Shown one piece after another: positions 30,344 through 39,279 of a stretch of 64,000 nt of DNA. The notes beneath the pieces are model-generated. The model worked only from the letters and a program-made list of their open reading frames with translations. It was not told the DNA's origin and made no database searches. The first letter of the stretch is position 1. The number at the start of each line of letters is the position of its first letter. The translations under genes and the position numbers were made by a program. The DNA is from a virus, in the IMG/VR virus record IMGVR_UViG_3300045988_187870. The stretch is one strand, 5' to 3'.

Positions 30344-30380
30344 AAATCAGTGTTATCAAAAGATAGCACTGATTTTTATA
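30344..30380 (+). terminator. rho-independent terminator (14-bp stem AAATCAGTGTTATC/GATAGCACTGATTT, loop AAAA, T5)
   Basis: hairpin plus T-run read directly. Confidence 0.7.
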
Positions 30381-30431
30381 TAAGGAAGAGTGACTTCATT
30401 CTCTCCTAATCAAATTTTGGAGGTATAAGTT

Positions 30432-31232
30432 ATGACCAACGCAACAAATGCAACTGTAGGAGAGACTGCAAAGCTATTTAACATAGCTTTAACAGGGGAT
30501 AAGTATGAATTCACTGGAGTTTCAAAGGAGGTGGTTATTGATGAAAATGAAAATTGGGCAGTCACGTACAGACAGATTCGCGCTCTTAAGGACTTTCAGA
30601 CTGTTGATGAAAAGACAGTAAAGACAGGTACTCTTGGAGGATGGCTTGCACCAAGAGCTATTTTGGATCAGAACGGGAACTGCTGGGTTGATGAAACCAG
30701 TTATCTTGAAGATAAGGCAATTATTACAGGTGATGCTCTTGTCAAGAATTCAAAAGTAAGTTTTGGAGTATGTGCAGGTACCACACATCTTGAAAATAGT
30801 AGAATATTAGGTAACTGCAGATTATACAATGTTAAAGCAGTAAATACTCATTTGAGTAATGTTGTAGTAAGTAACACTATGGCTAGGATGACTATTATAA
30901 GTATGCATGTCAAAAACGTTAGAGTTATAGATGCAAACAATATTTTTATCGCAAGTGTGAGCAAGTATTCTGATATTGATTTCAATAATATCGATTTAGC
31001 AGATGGAACTTTCATTGTAGATGCTAGGGAGTTTGCTTATATTCAGAAGGGTTATAATAATCTCGTAATTTATCCAATTACAGATGGTATGACTCGTAGG
31101 TTTGATATATTTACAAGAAATGGTGATAGAATATCTCCAACCGGCACTATTGCAGACATCTGTACGCTTATCATGAAGGATATGCATCTCGTTGGTCAGG
31201 GTCCTGCAGAGGAGACAAATCTGTTTAATTAA
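30432..31232 (+). CDS. hypothetical protein (266 aa), first gene of an operon with the flotillin gene; C-terminus ...AEETNLFN
   Basis: RBS ttggaggtataagtt. Confidence 0.55.
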   Translation: MTNATNATVGETAKLFNIALTGDKYEFTGVSKEVVIDENENWAVTYRQIRALKDFQTVDEKTVKTGTLGGWLAPRAILDQNGNCWVDETSYLEDKAIITGDALVKNSKVSFGVCAGTTHLENSRILGNCRLYNVKAVNTHLSNVVVSNTMARMTIISMHVKNVRVIDANNIFIASVSKYSDIDFNNIDLADGTFIVDAREFAYIQKGYNNLVIYPITDGMTRRFDIFTRNGDRISPTGTIADICTLIMKDMHLVGQGPAEETNLFN

Positions 31233-31259
31233 TTCATATCAAAATATTTGGAGGAAATT

Positions 31260-32771
31260 ATGGAAATCAATTTTGGTTTAGTAGTACCTATAGCAATTAT
31301 TGCTCTTGCAATTATTATAATCTTTAGCTCTGGTTATCGCAAAGCACCACCAGACAGAGCTTATATCATAAGTGGTCTGCGTAAGAAGGCAAAGGTTGTT
31401 ATCGGTAAGGCAACAATAAAGCTTCCTTTTCTTGAGCGTTGTGATATTCTGGAACTTGCTCTGATGTCCGTTGATGTTAAGACTGCCCAGGCAGTTCCAA
31501 CAGCGGATTACATAAATATTTCCGTAGATGCTAATGTTAACGTTAAGATATCACCTGATCCTGACACAATTGCACGCGCTCAGCAGAACTTCCTTAACAA
31601 GAATGTTGATTATATCACAAAGGTAGCTCGTGAGGTACTCGAAGGCAACATGCGTGAGATTGTAGGGCAGATGCGTCTTGAAGAGATGGTCTCCAACCGG
31701 CAGGCATTTGCGGACAAGGTAAAGCAGAATGCAGACCCAGACCTCCGTGCAATGGGTCTTGAAATAGTATCGTTCAACGTGCAGAACTTCGTTGACGACA
31801 ACGGTATCATCAACGACATGGGTATCGACAACACCATGCAGATCAAAAAGAAGGCGGCCATCTCCAAGGCAGAAGCCGAAAGAGATATCAAGATCGCCCA
31901 GGCTGAAGCAAATCGTAAGGCTAATGATGCTAAGGTTGATTCTGAGACCGCCATTGCAGAGCGTGAGAACGAGCTTGCAATAAAGCAGGCTGAACTCAAG
32001 CGCGCCGCAGACATTAAGCAGGCAGAAGCTGATGCAGCCTACACTATTCAGCAGGAAGAGCAGCGTAAGACCATTGAGATAACCACTGCAAATGCAAATA
32101 TAGCAAAGCAGGAGAAGGAAGTCGAAATCAAGGCGAAGGAAGCTGAGATAAAGGAACGTGCTCTTGAAGCAGAAGTAAAGAAGACCGCTGAAGCTCAGAA
32201 GTATGCAGCACAGCAGAAGGCAGACGCAGAGCTGTACACAGTTCAGCGTAGTGCTGAAGCTAAGAAGTATGAAGACATACAGAATGCAGAGGCAGAGCTG
32301 GAAATTAAGAAGAACGAGGCTGCAGCAATTCTAGTAACTGCACAGAACGAGGCAGAAGCTGCGAAGGCTAAGGCAGAAGCTTCCCGCTATGCTGCTGAAC
32401 AGGAGGCAGAAGGTATTCGTGCTAAGGGCGTCGCAGAAGCAGATGCTGTTCGTGCTAAGTCTTTAGCAGAAGCAGAAGGTCTTGATAAGAAGGCAGAAGC
32501 AATGCGTAAGATGGAAGAAGCCGCAGTACTTCAGATGTATTTTGAGCAGATGCCTGCTATAGCAGAAGCAATTGCCAAGCCACTTGAGAATGTAGATAAG
32601 ATCACTATGTATGGCGATGGTAATACAGCAAAGCTTATCAAAGATATTACTGAAGCCACTACGCAGGCATCATCAGGACTTCTTGATGGTCTTGGTATTG
32701 ATCTTAAGTCTTTAGTAGGTAGCTTTGTAACGGGTAAGGCAGCAGCTGCAGGGATTAAGTCCGAGCAGTAA
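31260..32771 (+). CDS. SPFH/band-7 flotillin-like protein with a long Ala/Glu/Lys-rich coiled coil
   Basis: N-terminal TM helix, SPFH core (RAYIISGLRKKAKVVIGKATIKLPFLERCDILEL), EA-rich heptads typical of FloT/YqiK; RBS tttggaggaaatt. Confidence 0.75.
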   Translation: MEINFGLVVPIAIIALAIIIIFSSGYRKAPPDRAYIISGLRKKAKVVIGKATIKLPFLERCDILELALMSVDVKTAQAVPTADYINISVDANVNVKISPDPDTIARAQQNFLNKNVDYITKVAREVLEGNMREIVGQMRLEEMVSNRQAFADKVKQNADPDLRAMGLEIVSFNVQNFVDDNGIINDMGIDNTMQIKKKAAISKAEAERDIKIAQAEANRKANDAKVDSETAIAERENELAIKQAELKRAADIKQAEADAAYTIQQEEQRKTIEITTANANIAKQEKEVEIKAKEAEIKERALEAEVKKTAEAQKYAAQQKADAELYTVQRSAEAKKYEDIQNAEAELEIKKNEAAAILVTAQNEAEAAKAKAEASRYAAEQEAEGIRAKGVAEADAVRAKSLAEAEGLDKKAEAMRKMEEAAVLQMYFEQMPAIAEAIAKPLENVDKITMYGDGNTAKLIKDITEATTQASSGLLDGLGIDLKSLVGSFVTGKAAAAGIKSEQ

Positions 32772-32777
32772 TTCTAC

Positions 32778-32826
32778 ATGTCAAATGGGAGCAGATTTAG
32801 TCTGCTCCCATTTGACATTATTTATA
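32778..32826 (+). terminator. strong rho-independent terminator (17-bp perfect stem, 7-nt loop, then TATTTATAAAAT)
   Basis: atgtcaaatgggagcag / ctgctcccatttgacat. Confidence 0.8.
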
Positions 32827-33004
32827 AAATGTGTTATAGTAGACAGGGGCGATGAATATTATAACCCACAATCAGGCCATTTAACAGTTTAAAAACTAAA
32901 GGATATAACTATGTATAAAGGACAAAATTAATTGATCTGCGTATATTACAACGCGTTCAAAGAATTGTCGAGCAATCTTTAGCAGGGAAGGGTGTGACGG
33001 TGAT

Positions 33005-33397
33005 ATGGAGATAAAACCAGCTGTACAACATATGCAATTCAGGAGTGAAGATACTCCAATTTGTGATGTTTGGTATTGTTTTGCAACGAACTTTATAAAG
33101 GTTGTGAATCACACAGATAATTGGCTTATACTTCCATTTGGTAAAAAAGATCCATCCACAGTCACCCTTGAATACTTTGAGAATATCTTAGAAGAATTCT
33201 ATTGTTTTCCTAGAACTAGGAATAAGTGTCAAGAGATACTTGCAAGCATGGGTTTATGCTGCTATGATCCACTTGCAATAGTTCACATAACACATGGATT
33301 TATGTGGGGAACTCATGAGTGGATACATTTTGATGATGATCCACCTGGATTTAATTATGAACAGTTAAGAAGATTGCATAACCGAGGGTCAGATTAA
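33005..33397 (+). CDS. hypothetical protein (130 aa)
   Basis: ORF. Confidence 0.45.
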   Translation: MEIKPAVQHMQFRSEDTPICDVWYCFATNFIKVVNHTDNWLILPFGKKDPSTVTLEYFENILEEFYCFPRTRNKCQEILASMGLCCYDPLAIVHITHGFMWGTHEWIHFDDDPPGFNYEQLRRLHNRGSD

Positions 33398-33434
33398 TTA
33401 TCTGACTCTTTTCTTATTGTGTTTGGAGGTATGT

Positions 33435-34022
33435 ATGAGAATTTATTATCATGGTACATCAATTGAAAATGCTAGAAGTATCTTGAAGAATGGATTTGGT
33501 GCAGATACCACAATCTGGTATGCTTCTTATCTTAAGTATGTTTATATGCGCGAAGCAGTATCTTCGGAAGCTGGAGAAGATACTTATAATGAGACAATAC
33601 ACTCCGCATTTACAACAGCAGCTATCTGCAATTCACAGGAGAACGGCGTAGCAATATTTCAAATAGAAATTCCAGAGTCTTTAGCAGGTTGTGTTGAGCC
33701 GGATGACTCGGTTGAATATGATGAAAACAGTTATCAGATAGAAGCTGAGCAGCTTAATAAGTTCATTGCTGATGGGAGTATAAAGATTGAGTGCAGGGTT
33801 TTAGAAGGATATAGACCAGAATTCCGTAGCTTTGTGTTAGCGTATACTAATCTAACGCAGATTAATATATCAGACGAAATTAAGCAGGAGCTCAACACTA
33901 TAATATACAATTTTAAATCTGACTTACAATTTTCAGTGTTCGAGTGGATAGAATCTAAGTACAAGCCTTGGGAGAGTCTGAAGGAGCTCAGCTCCACGAC
34001 CGAGACAAGTTACTTTGATTGA
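33435..34022 (+). CDS. hypothetical protein with an N-terminal motif reminiscent of H-Y-E class ADP-ribosyltransferases (IYYHGTS...A..I...GF...Y.SY.KY)
   Basis: resembles the diphtheria-toxin-like SYHGTKPGYVDSIQKGI NAD-binding motif; tentative. Confidence 0.3.
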   Translation: MRIYYHGTSIENARSILKNGFGADTTIWYASYLKYVYMREAVSSEAGEDTYNETIHSAFTTAAICNSQENGVAIFQIEIPESLAGCVEPDDSVEYDENSYQIEAEQLNKFIADGSIKIECRVLEGYRPEFRSFVLAYTNLTQINISDEIKQELNTIIYNFKSDLQFSVFEWIESKYKPWESLKELSSTTETSYFD

Positions 34023-34048
34023 AATTATAAAGATTAAGGGAGTTTTAT

Positions 34049-34807
34049 ATGGAATTTGCACCTGAGCTTATAGAAGACCTCGAGAAGTATGTTTCGCCAA
34101 CTGGTAGTTATATTGTTCCAGTTAAGTGGAGTAGCTATGGTACAATATGCGTTGAAGCCGACAACTTATATGATGCTTTGACAAAACCTTTAGCAGGCGT
34201 TGACATTAGGGATATCATAGAACGCTACGATTGGAGCCCTGGAAGTAATGATTTACAACTTGCAGAGGGTGATGAAGAGTACTACGACTTTTTGCAAGAG
34301 GCAACAGTGGAAGAAGCATTTGAAATAATACACAATGCTGTCACTGTTATATACAAAATAAACAAACTAGTGTATTTTTATGTTTGGTTACGTCACTTAG
34401 ACGATTATCAAATTGAGCCAGAATACTTCTTTGTTCCAAACAAGACAAATTTAACATCTGTATCAAATGCAGTATGCAATACATATTATCGTGTACAAGG
34501 TATGTTAAGAAGCTGGGTGCTAGCTTTAGCTGATAGAATTCATTTAATATATCCAAACTTTAATGTAAACGCAGATATACTGCATGAAATAAACACTTAC
34601 TTTCATGAAGACAAGCACATGACTGTGAATTACTGCAAAGAACAACTAAAGAATATTATTGCGATCCTTGAATCTTTAGCAGGGGATAAAAGCACGCATT
34701 CGTATATTTTGAGTGAGTTCCCAGAGATTAAATTCTCTGCAGACTCTAAGGTCGTAAGAGAGGCATTTGGCAATTATGCAATAGAGGTAACATACAATGA
34801 AAGTTAA
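34049..34807 (+). CDS. hypothetical protein (252 aa)
   Basis: RBS aagggagtttt. Confidence 0.55.
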   Translation: MEFAPELIEDLEKYVSPTGSYIVPVKWSSYGTICVEADNLYDALTKPLAGVDIRDIIERYDWSPGSNDLQLAEGDEEYYDFLQEATVEEAFEIIHNAVTVIYKINKLVYFYVWLRHLDDYQIEPEYFFVPNKTNLTSVSNAVCNTYYRVQGMLRSWVLALADRIHLIYPNFNVNADILHEINTYFHEDKHMTVNYCKEQLKNIIAILESLAGDKSTHSYILSEFPEIKFSADSKVVREAFGNYAIEVTYNES

Positions 34808-35033
34808 AGAGGATAGCTTGATTGCTTGCTTGGCATTACTTATTGCAGTGTTGTTCTTGTTATTCGCTGTAGGTATTAGTTTGTACGCAATAGCACTTGA
34901 TAATGCAGAATATGCACAGATAGAAGCTGGAAAAGTGCAGGATTTGCGTACAGAGCCATGGGAAGGAGGTAAATCTATTGATTCGACACGCAAAACTACT
35001 AGATATGCCGTGGATCCTAAAATCTGCGCGTAA
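34797..35033 (+). CDS. small membrane protein (78 aa)
   Basis: overlapping ORF with a TM helix. Confidence 0.35.
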   Translation: MKVKEDSLIACLALLIAVLFLLFAVGISLYAIALDNAEYAQIEAGKVQDLRTEPWEGGKSIDSTRKTTRYAVDPKICA

Positions 35034-35874
35034 TTTATGTTATCTGAAAAAAACATACACAGCAGATTTGCCATCATGGATATTAAATAAAAGCCTGTAT
35101 GTATATGAGTCTAATGGACGACTTATGGGATTGCTTGGATTTTGCATTGTTAACAGAGTCCTAGTCATTGACTGCGTTTATGCAGTTGGGTTTAGTGCAG
35201 ATGTAAAGCAGAAAGTGATAAAAGAGCTAATTGATTTTGCAGTTCAATCATGTAACGGGTTAGCAGACAAAATCGAAATCGAATTTGACGCAGTTAGTAA
35301 CGAGTCTACAGACTTAGCAGTATTGGAAGAGTACAAACTGAAGATGACCGAATGTAAAGTGGTTAGTTCAACATCACGATTAGAAATGCCAGACGGCTGT
35401 TCAACTGCAAAATGGGGTGATCTCCAATATTTGCGAGCATTACTGAATGGAATGTGTAAGGAGTTAGACTATACTGACGAGGAAAAAGAAACTATTACAT
35501 ATCGTTATATTGAAAACTATAAAAGCACTATTGTCTACAAAGACATTGCGAATGGTAGAGTGCTTGGTTTTGCAGCAATATGCAATGCAGATGCAGGCTC
35601 CAGTTTAGGAATGGGTGTTGCAGATATTGATGTTCTTTACGTTACACCGGATGCACGTAGAAGAGGAATAGGTAAGAAGTTGGTCAATGCATGCTTAGCA
35701 TTAGCAGGTAAACGACATGCACATTTCCTTGAAACAACCATTGATGGAAGTGCTATTGATTATATCAGCATGTATAGAGACTTTGACATTGCTGTCTTTT
35801 CTGGTATTGCTAATTACCCTAGTTCGACTGTCGATACAACCCTTACACAAATACAATCAAAAGTGTTTGAGTAA
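34978..35874 (+). CDS. tandem GNAT-family N-acetyltransferase (TTG start)
   Basis: VLYVTPDARRRGIGKKLVNACLALAG (GNAT motif A); strong RBS ggaaggaggt 7 nt upstream of the TTG. Confidence 0.6.
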   Translation: MIRHAKLLDMPWILKSARNLCYLKKTYTADLPSWILNKSLYVYESNGRLMGLLGFCIVNRVLVIDCVYAVGFSADVKQKVIKELIDFAVQSCNGLADKIEIEFDAVSNESTDLAVLEEYKLKMTECKVVSSTSRLEMPDGCSTAKWGDLQYLRALLNGMCKELDYTDEEKETITYRYIENYKSTIVYKDIANGRVLGFAAICNADAGSSLGMGVADIDVLYVTPDARRRGIGKKLVNACLALAGKRHAHFLETTIDGSAIDYISMYRDFDIAVFSGIANYPSSTVDTTLTQIQSKVFE

Positions 35875-35883
35875 GGAGATAGT

Positions 35884-36364
35884 AATGATATGTTTTCTTT
35901 GCGGTAAACCTTTAGCAGGCAAACGTACTGCAAAATATTATTTGGCATCAACCATTATACGTAAGTGGACAAATCCTAACAGCATTCAGACAAAGCCAGA
36001 GCTGTCCATAAAGGTTGAGACACATGCTTCATGTGCTGCAAGATATCAGGGCACAATAACACTTCTTGCATCTGAGCGATTTAAAAGTCTTTCAGAAGCA
36101 GATCAGGTGCGCTATAGATCAGCTTATGACAATTCTATTAGTATAGCACGTTATGTTAATACTCTTAGCAAGGTAGTTAGAAGTCAGAATAACAAATGTG
36201 CATATTGTGATACAAAAATTACTATGGAAACAGCAGTTCTTCGACGCAGAGACTGTTCAAAACCTAGAGTATGCTGGAATGCAGATGCTGTTTGCATTGA
36301 CTGCAACCATCTGATGAATAAAATCAATTATCAGCTTGAAAGGAGTCAGTGTGGATCTTCTTGA
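35884..36364 (+). CDS. Zn-finger / HNH-like nuclease-domain protein, translationally coupled to the RT
   Basis: N-terminal CxxC; C-terminal KCAYCD...RRRD...N...CIDCNHL resembles an HNH motif; RBS aaggagatagta; the stop overlaps the RT start. Confidence 0.35.
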
Positions 36365-37568
36365 AGCACTATTTGAGCAGGACATTTGGGAAAATGTTAT
36401 TGACAAAGGAGCAGACAAGACAATACCATTATCAGTGCTAAGGAAGTGGTGTCATGTAGATAAACGTCTTGAACTACTGAATAAGATTATTGCAGGTGAG
36501 TACAATATCAAACCTCCAACTCTTGCTCGGATACCTAAAGACAATGGAAAATACAGAGAAATCTGTGTTAACACTGCTGATGACAGAGTTGTTTTAGCAG
36601 CTGTTAATCAAGCACTTTATAAACTGTTTGATTATAAGCTTTCTCCTGCATGTAAAGCATATCGAGAAGGACATAGCTGTGCTAAAACAGTGCAGGAAGC
36701 AGTGAAACACAAAATGTTCGGGTATAAGCTTGATCTGAGTAAGTACTTTGATTCTGTTCCTCATGAAGTCATTAATAAAGCTTTAGCAGAGCTTGACACT
36801 GATTCTCCACTAGAGCAAGTATTGTATAAATATTACAATGATGATACTGTCTATCAGAACCATCAGCTCATTCCGAGATTCAAGTCTCTAGCACAGGGTT
36901 GCGCTGTAGCATCATTTTTAGCTAACTATATTCTGACAGATGTTGATAACAGAATGATGCAGGAATGTCTTTACTATTGTAGATACTCAGATGATATGCT
37001 GCTCTTGTGTGAGGATCAGCAATCTGCAGATAAAGCTTTAGCAGTATTAAAGCAGATGCTTGATAAACTTGGATTATCTCTAAATCCAGACAAGGTCGAG
37101 GCAATCTCTCCTTTAGCAGAGTTTAAGTTTCTTGGTTTTGGTATTCTTGGCGATACGATAACCATATCACAGAAAGATTTCAAGCAAAAAAAGGCAGAAG
37201 TTAAACATGCCTGTAGAGTGGTTGAGACGAATAGAAAGATTTCTAAAGATAAGAAACTCAGAGCTGCTATTAAAGCTGTTCAAAAGGTGTTTTTCTCAAC
37301 TGCAGATCCATCTTATGGTTGGCTCCATTCAAAAGCTATGGGAATAAATAATTTTGAACGTATTGGTGAGCTCGATGCCTACTGTAAGGATTGCATTCGT
37401 GCAGCAGTGACAAGTAGTCAGAATTATACACACAATATTCATACCATTTCAAATGAGCAGCTATCTTTAGCAGGATATGTATCTTTGGTGCATATGGCTA
37501 AGCTTGTTCAGATTGATAAATCCCTGTATGAGACAGAGCATTTGCTGCATATTCAGCAACATAAGTAG
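36351..37568 (+). CDS. reverse transcriptase (RT domain motifs 1-7 plus a C-terminal thumb/X-like region); group-II-intron-like (FLGF), class unresolved
   Basis: IPKDNGKYREI, DRVV, LDLSKYFDSVPH, QGCAVASFLANYIL, YCRYSDDMLLL, LSLNPDKV, FKFLGFGI; GTG start 7 nt after aaaggag. Confidence 0.85.
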   Translation: MDLLEALFEQDIWENVIDKGADKTIPLSVLRKWCHVDKRLELLNKIIAGEYNIKPPTLARIPKDNGKYREICVNTADDRVVLAAVNQALYKLFDYKLSPACKAYREGHSCAKTVQEAVKHKMFGYKLDLSKYFDSVPHEVINKALAELDTDSPLEQVLYKYYNDDTVYQNHQLIPRFKSLAQGCAVASFLANYILTDVDNRMMQECLYYCRYSDDMLLLCEDQQSADKALAVLKQMLDKLGLSLNPDKVEAISPLAEFKFLGFGILGDTITISQKDFKQKKAEVKHACRVVETNRKISKDKKLRAAIKAVQKVFFSTADPSYGWLHSKAMGINNFERIGELDAYCKDCIRAAVTSSQNYTHNIHTISNEQLSLAGYVSLVHMAKLVQIDKSLYETEHLLHIQQHK

Positions 37569-37733
37569 TTAATTATACCGGTGCTAACGGTGCAAGATGC
37601 TTAGCTTGCTATAATTTTGCCATCATAGGAGGTAAACCTCCTTATATGAGAGCTGGGATCATAGATCCCTAATGTCTTAAAGCAATTAGCCAGTGCAAGA
37701 AGAGTATCTAACTAACTATAGTAGGGAGATATT

Positions 37734-38633
37734 ATGGCAAATAAGTATTATTCGCTGCAAGGTAAGCTAAAGAAAAACGGTGAACTCTATAACTTTAAGA
37801 TTCACAGATGTAATCTATACGGCTTTAGTCGTTCATCATTACTTCCTTTCATTCCGAATGGGCGCAGATATTATGCCCCAACACTAAAGCAGATTATGCA
37901 GCTTCTGCGTGTGTATAAGCAATATACAGATTGGCATACATCTCCATCTGACGCTAATTTCTCTAGTTGCTTGCTAGAACGTACAGATTACTTTTTAGTA
38001 CTTCGTCAGATATATTCTCAGCAGCTTTTTGATAGTATTTCAAGCATCCTACATAAGGGTATTTATGAATATCAGATGGAGATTGAAATTAATGAGCACT
38101 CATGGCTTAAGGAAGATGAAGAGAATCTTAGTAGCGAAGAAAAGTGTAAGGCAGTATACGTGAACATGTATGAAATCGCGCATAGAATGCTGAGGGACTT
38201 GCGTAGAGCAAATGGTAATAGAGTAACTGTCATGACTGTTCAGCCAACAACTGTGAACTACTCTTCTGATAAGGAACGTTATAATGATTATCTTTCGAAC
38301 GGTTCAGCATTCTACAAGTGTGGTGAAGCTTTAGCAGTACCTTCTAGTTATCATTCTAATGGACCGCATGCAGATGTGTGTCTTGCACTTGCACTTACAC
38401 TTGCACTTGCTTATAGGGCTTATGGTGCATATGTATTCCTTATGGGTGATGCAACTTACAGAAAGACTCCGCTTTACCCGGAGGAGACAAAGATAGCATT
38501 TGATGAGTATAAGAGAGTGCTAGCAACAGGCGGAGATATGATGAGTATTCTTATTGCATATGCTGATGCGATTGCATATGTGCATCGTAGAGGACATCGA
38601 GCATCACGCACTGAAACAAATTGTTTTGTATGA
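37734..38633 (+). CDS. hypothetical protein (299 aa) downstream of the RT
   Basis: RBS tagtagggagatatt. Confidence 0.55.
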   Translation: MANKYYSLQGKLKKNGELYNFKIHRCNLYGFSRSSLLPFIPNGRRYYAPTLKQIMQLLRVYKQYTDWHTSPSDANFSSCLLERTDYFLVLRQIYSQQLFDSISSILHKGIYEYQMEIEINEHSWLKEDEENLSSEEKCKAVYVNMYEIAHRMLRDLRRANGNRVTVMTVQPTTVNYSSDKERYNDYLSNGSAFYKCGEALAVPSSYHSNGPHADVCLALALTLALAYRAYGAYVFLMGDATYRKTPLYPEETKIAFDEYKRVLATGGDMMSILIAYADAIAYVHRRGHRASRTETNCFV

Positions 38634-38648
38634 TAAAGGAATAGTATT

Positions 38649-39167
38649 ATGATTGATGCAGCAACAGTTTATGACTGGATTCTTGAACTACCACAGGACG
38701 CATTGAAATATTTTTGGTGTATCTTAGACGATGAAAAGCTCTTCTTTAGAAGAACTCTCGTGTACGAAAGAGGGAAGTTCATTGCTTCAATTAAGTCTAA
38801 GCTTATAGGTGAGACAAGTGCCAAGGAGCTGAATAGGATTCCACTCATCACTTTAGCAGGTACTGAAAATTGGCAGACTGTTGTTGCATCCCTTTATGAT
38901 AACTATAAAACCTATGTTCCTAGCTATGACAAAAAGTATTTAAACTTTCCCTGTATGAATAAAAACACGTTTGATCCTTTTACCATGCGTCCAGCAGATG
39001 ATTATGATCGTTTAGCGCTTGAACTCTATGTCTTATTTCACAAAGCACAGAATGATTTAACTTGGCCGGATGACGATAGATTCTTTATAAAAGTATCAAA
39101 TGACTGTGCAGTATACAGGAAGTGGATAACTGGCTCACGCAGTCTTGCAAGTAGTTATTTTAAATAA
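38649..39167 (+). CDS. hypothetical protein (172 aa)
   Basis: RBS ataaaggaatagtatt. Confidence 0.55.
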   Translation: MIDAATVYDWILELPQDALKYFWCILDDEKLFFRRTLVYERGKFIASIKSKLIGETSAKELNRIPLITLAGTENWQTVVASLYDNYKTYVPSYDKKYLNFPCMNKNTFDPFTMRPADDYDRLALELYVLFHKAQNDLTWPDDDRFFIKVSNDCAVYRKWITGSRSLASSYFK

Positions 39168-39196
39168 TGGTGCTTTTATCTACTGATAAAACCACA

Positions 39197-39222
39197 CAAC
39201 CAGCCTACCGGCTGGTCAGTTT
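39197..39222 (+). terminator. putative terminator (7-bp stem, loop TACC, T5)
   Basis: aaccagcc tacc ggctggt cag ttttt. Confidence 0.45.
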
Positions 39223-39279
39223 TTGTAGTATCGTGACAGAAGTAAAGGCTTGCAAAATCTTTAGAAGGGACAAAGATAT

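Noticed and set aside
35300-37733. A complete group II intron (domains I-VI) surrounding the RT ORF
   Set aside because: There is no convincing 5-prime GUGYG boundary followed by ~600 nt of ORF-free structure, because protein-coding genes abut the RT. No domain V-like hairpin with an AGC triad and GNRA loop was found in the 165-nt 3-prime region. Only the IEP-like RT is supported.
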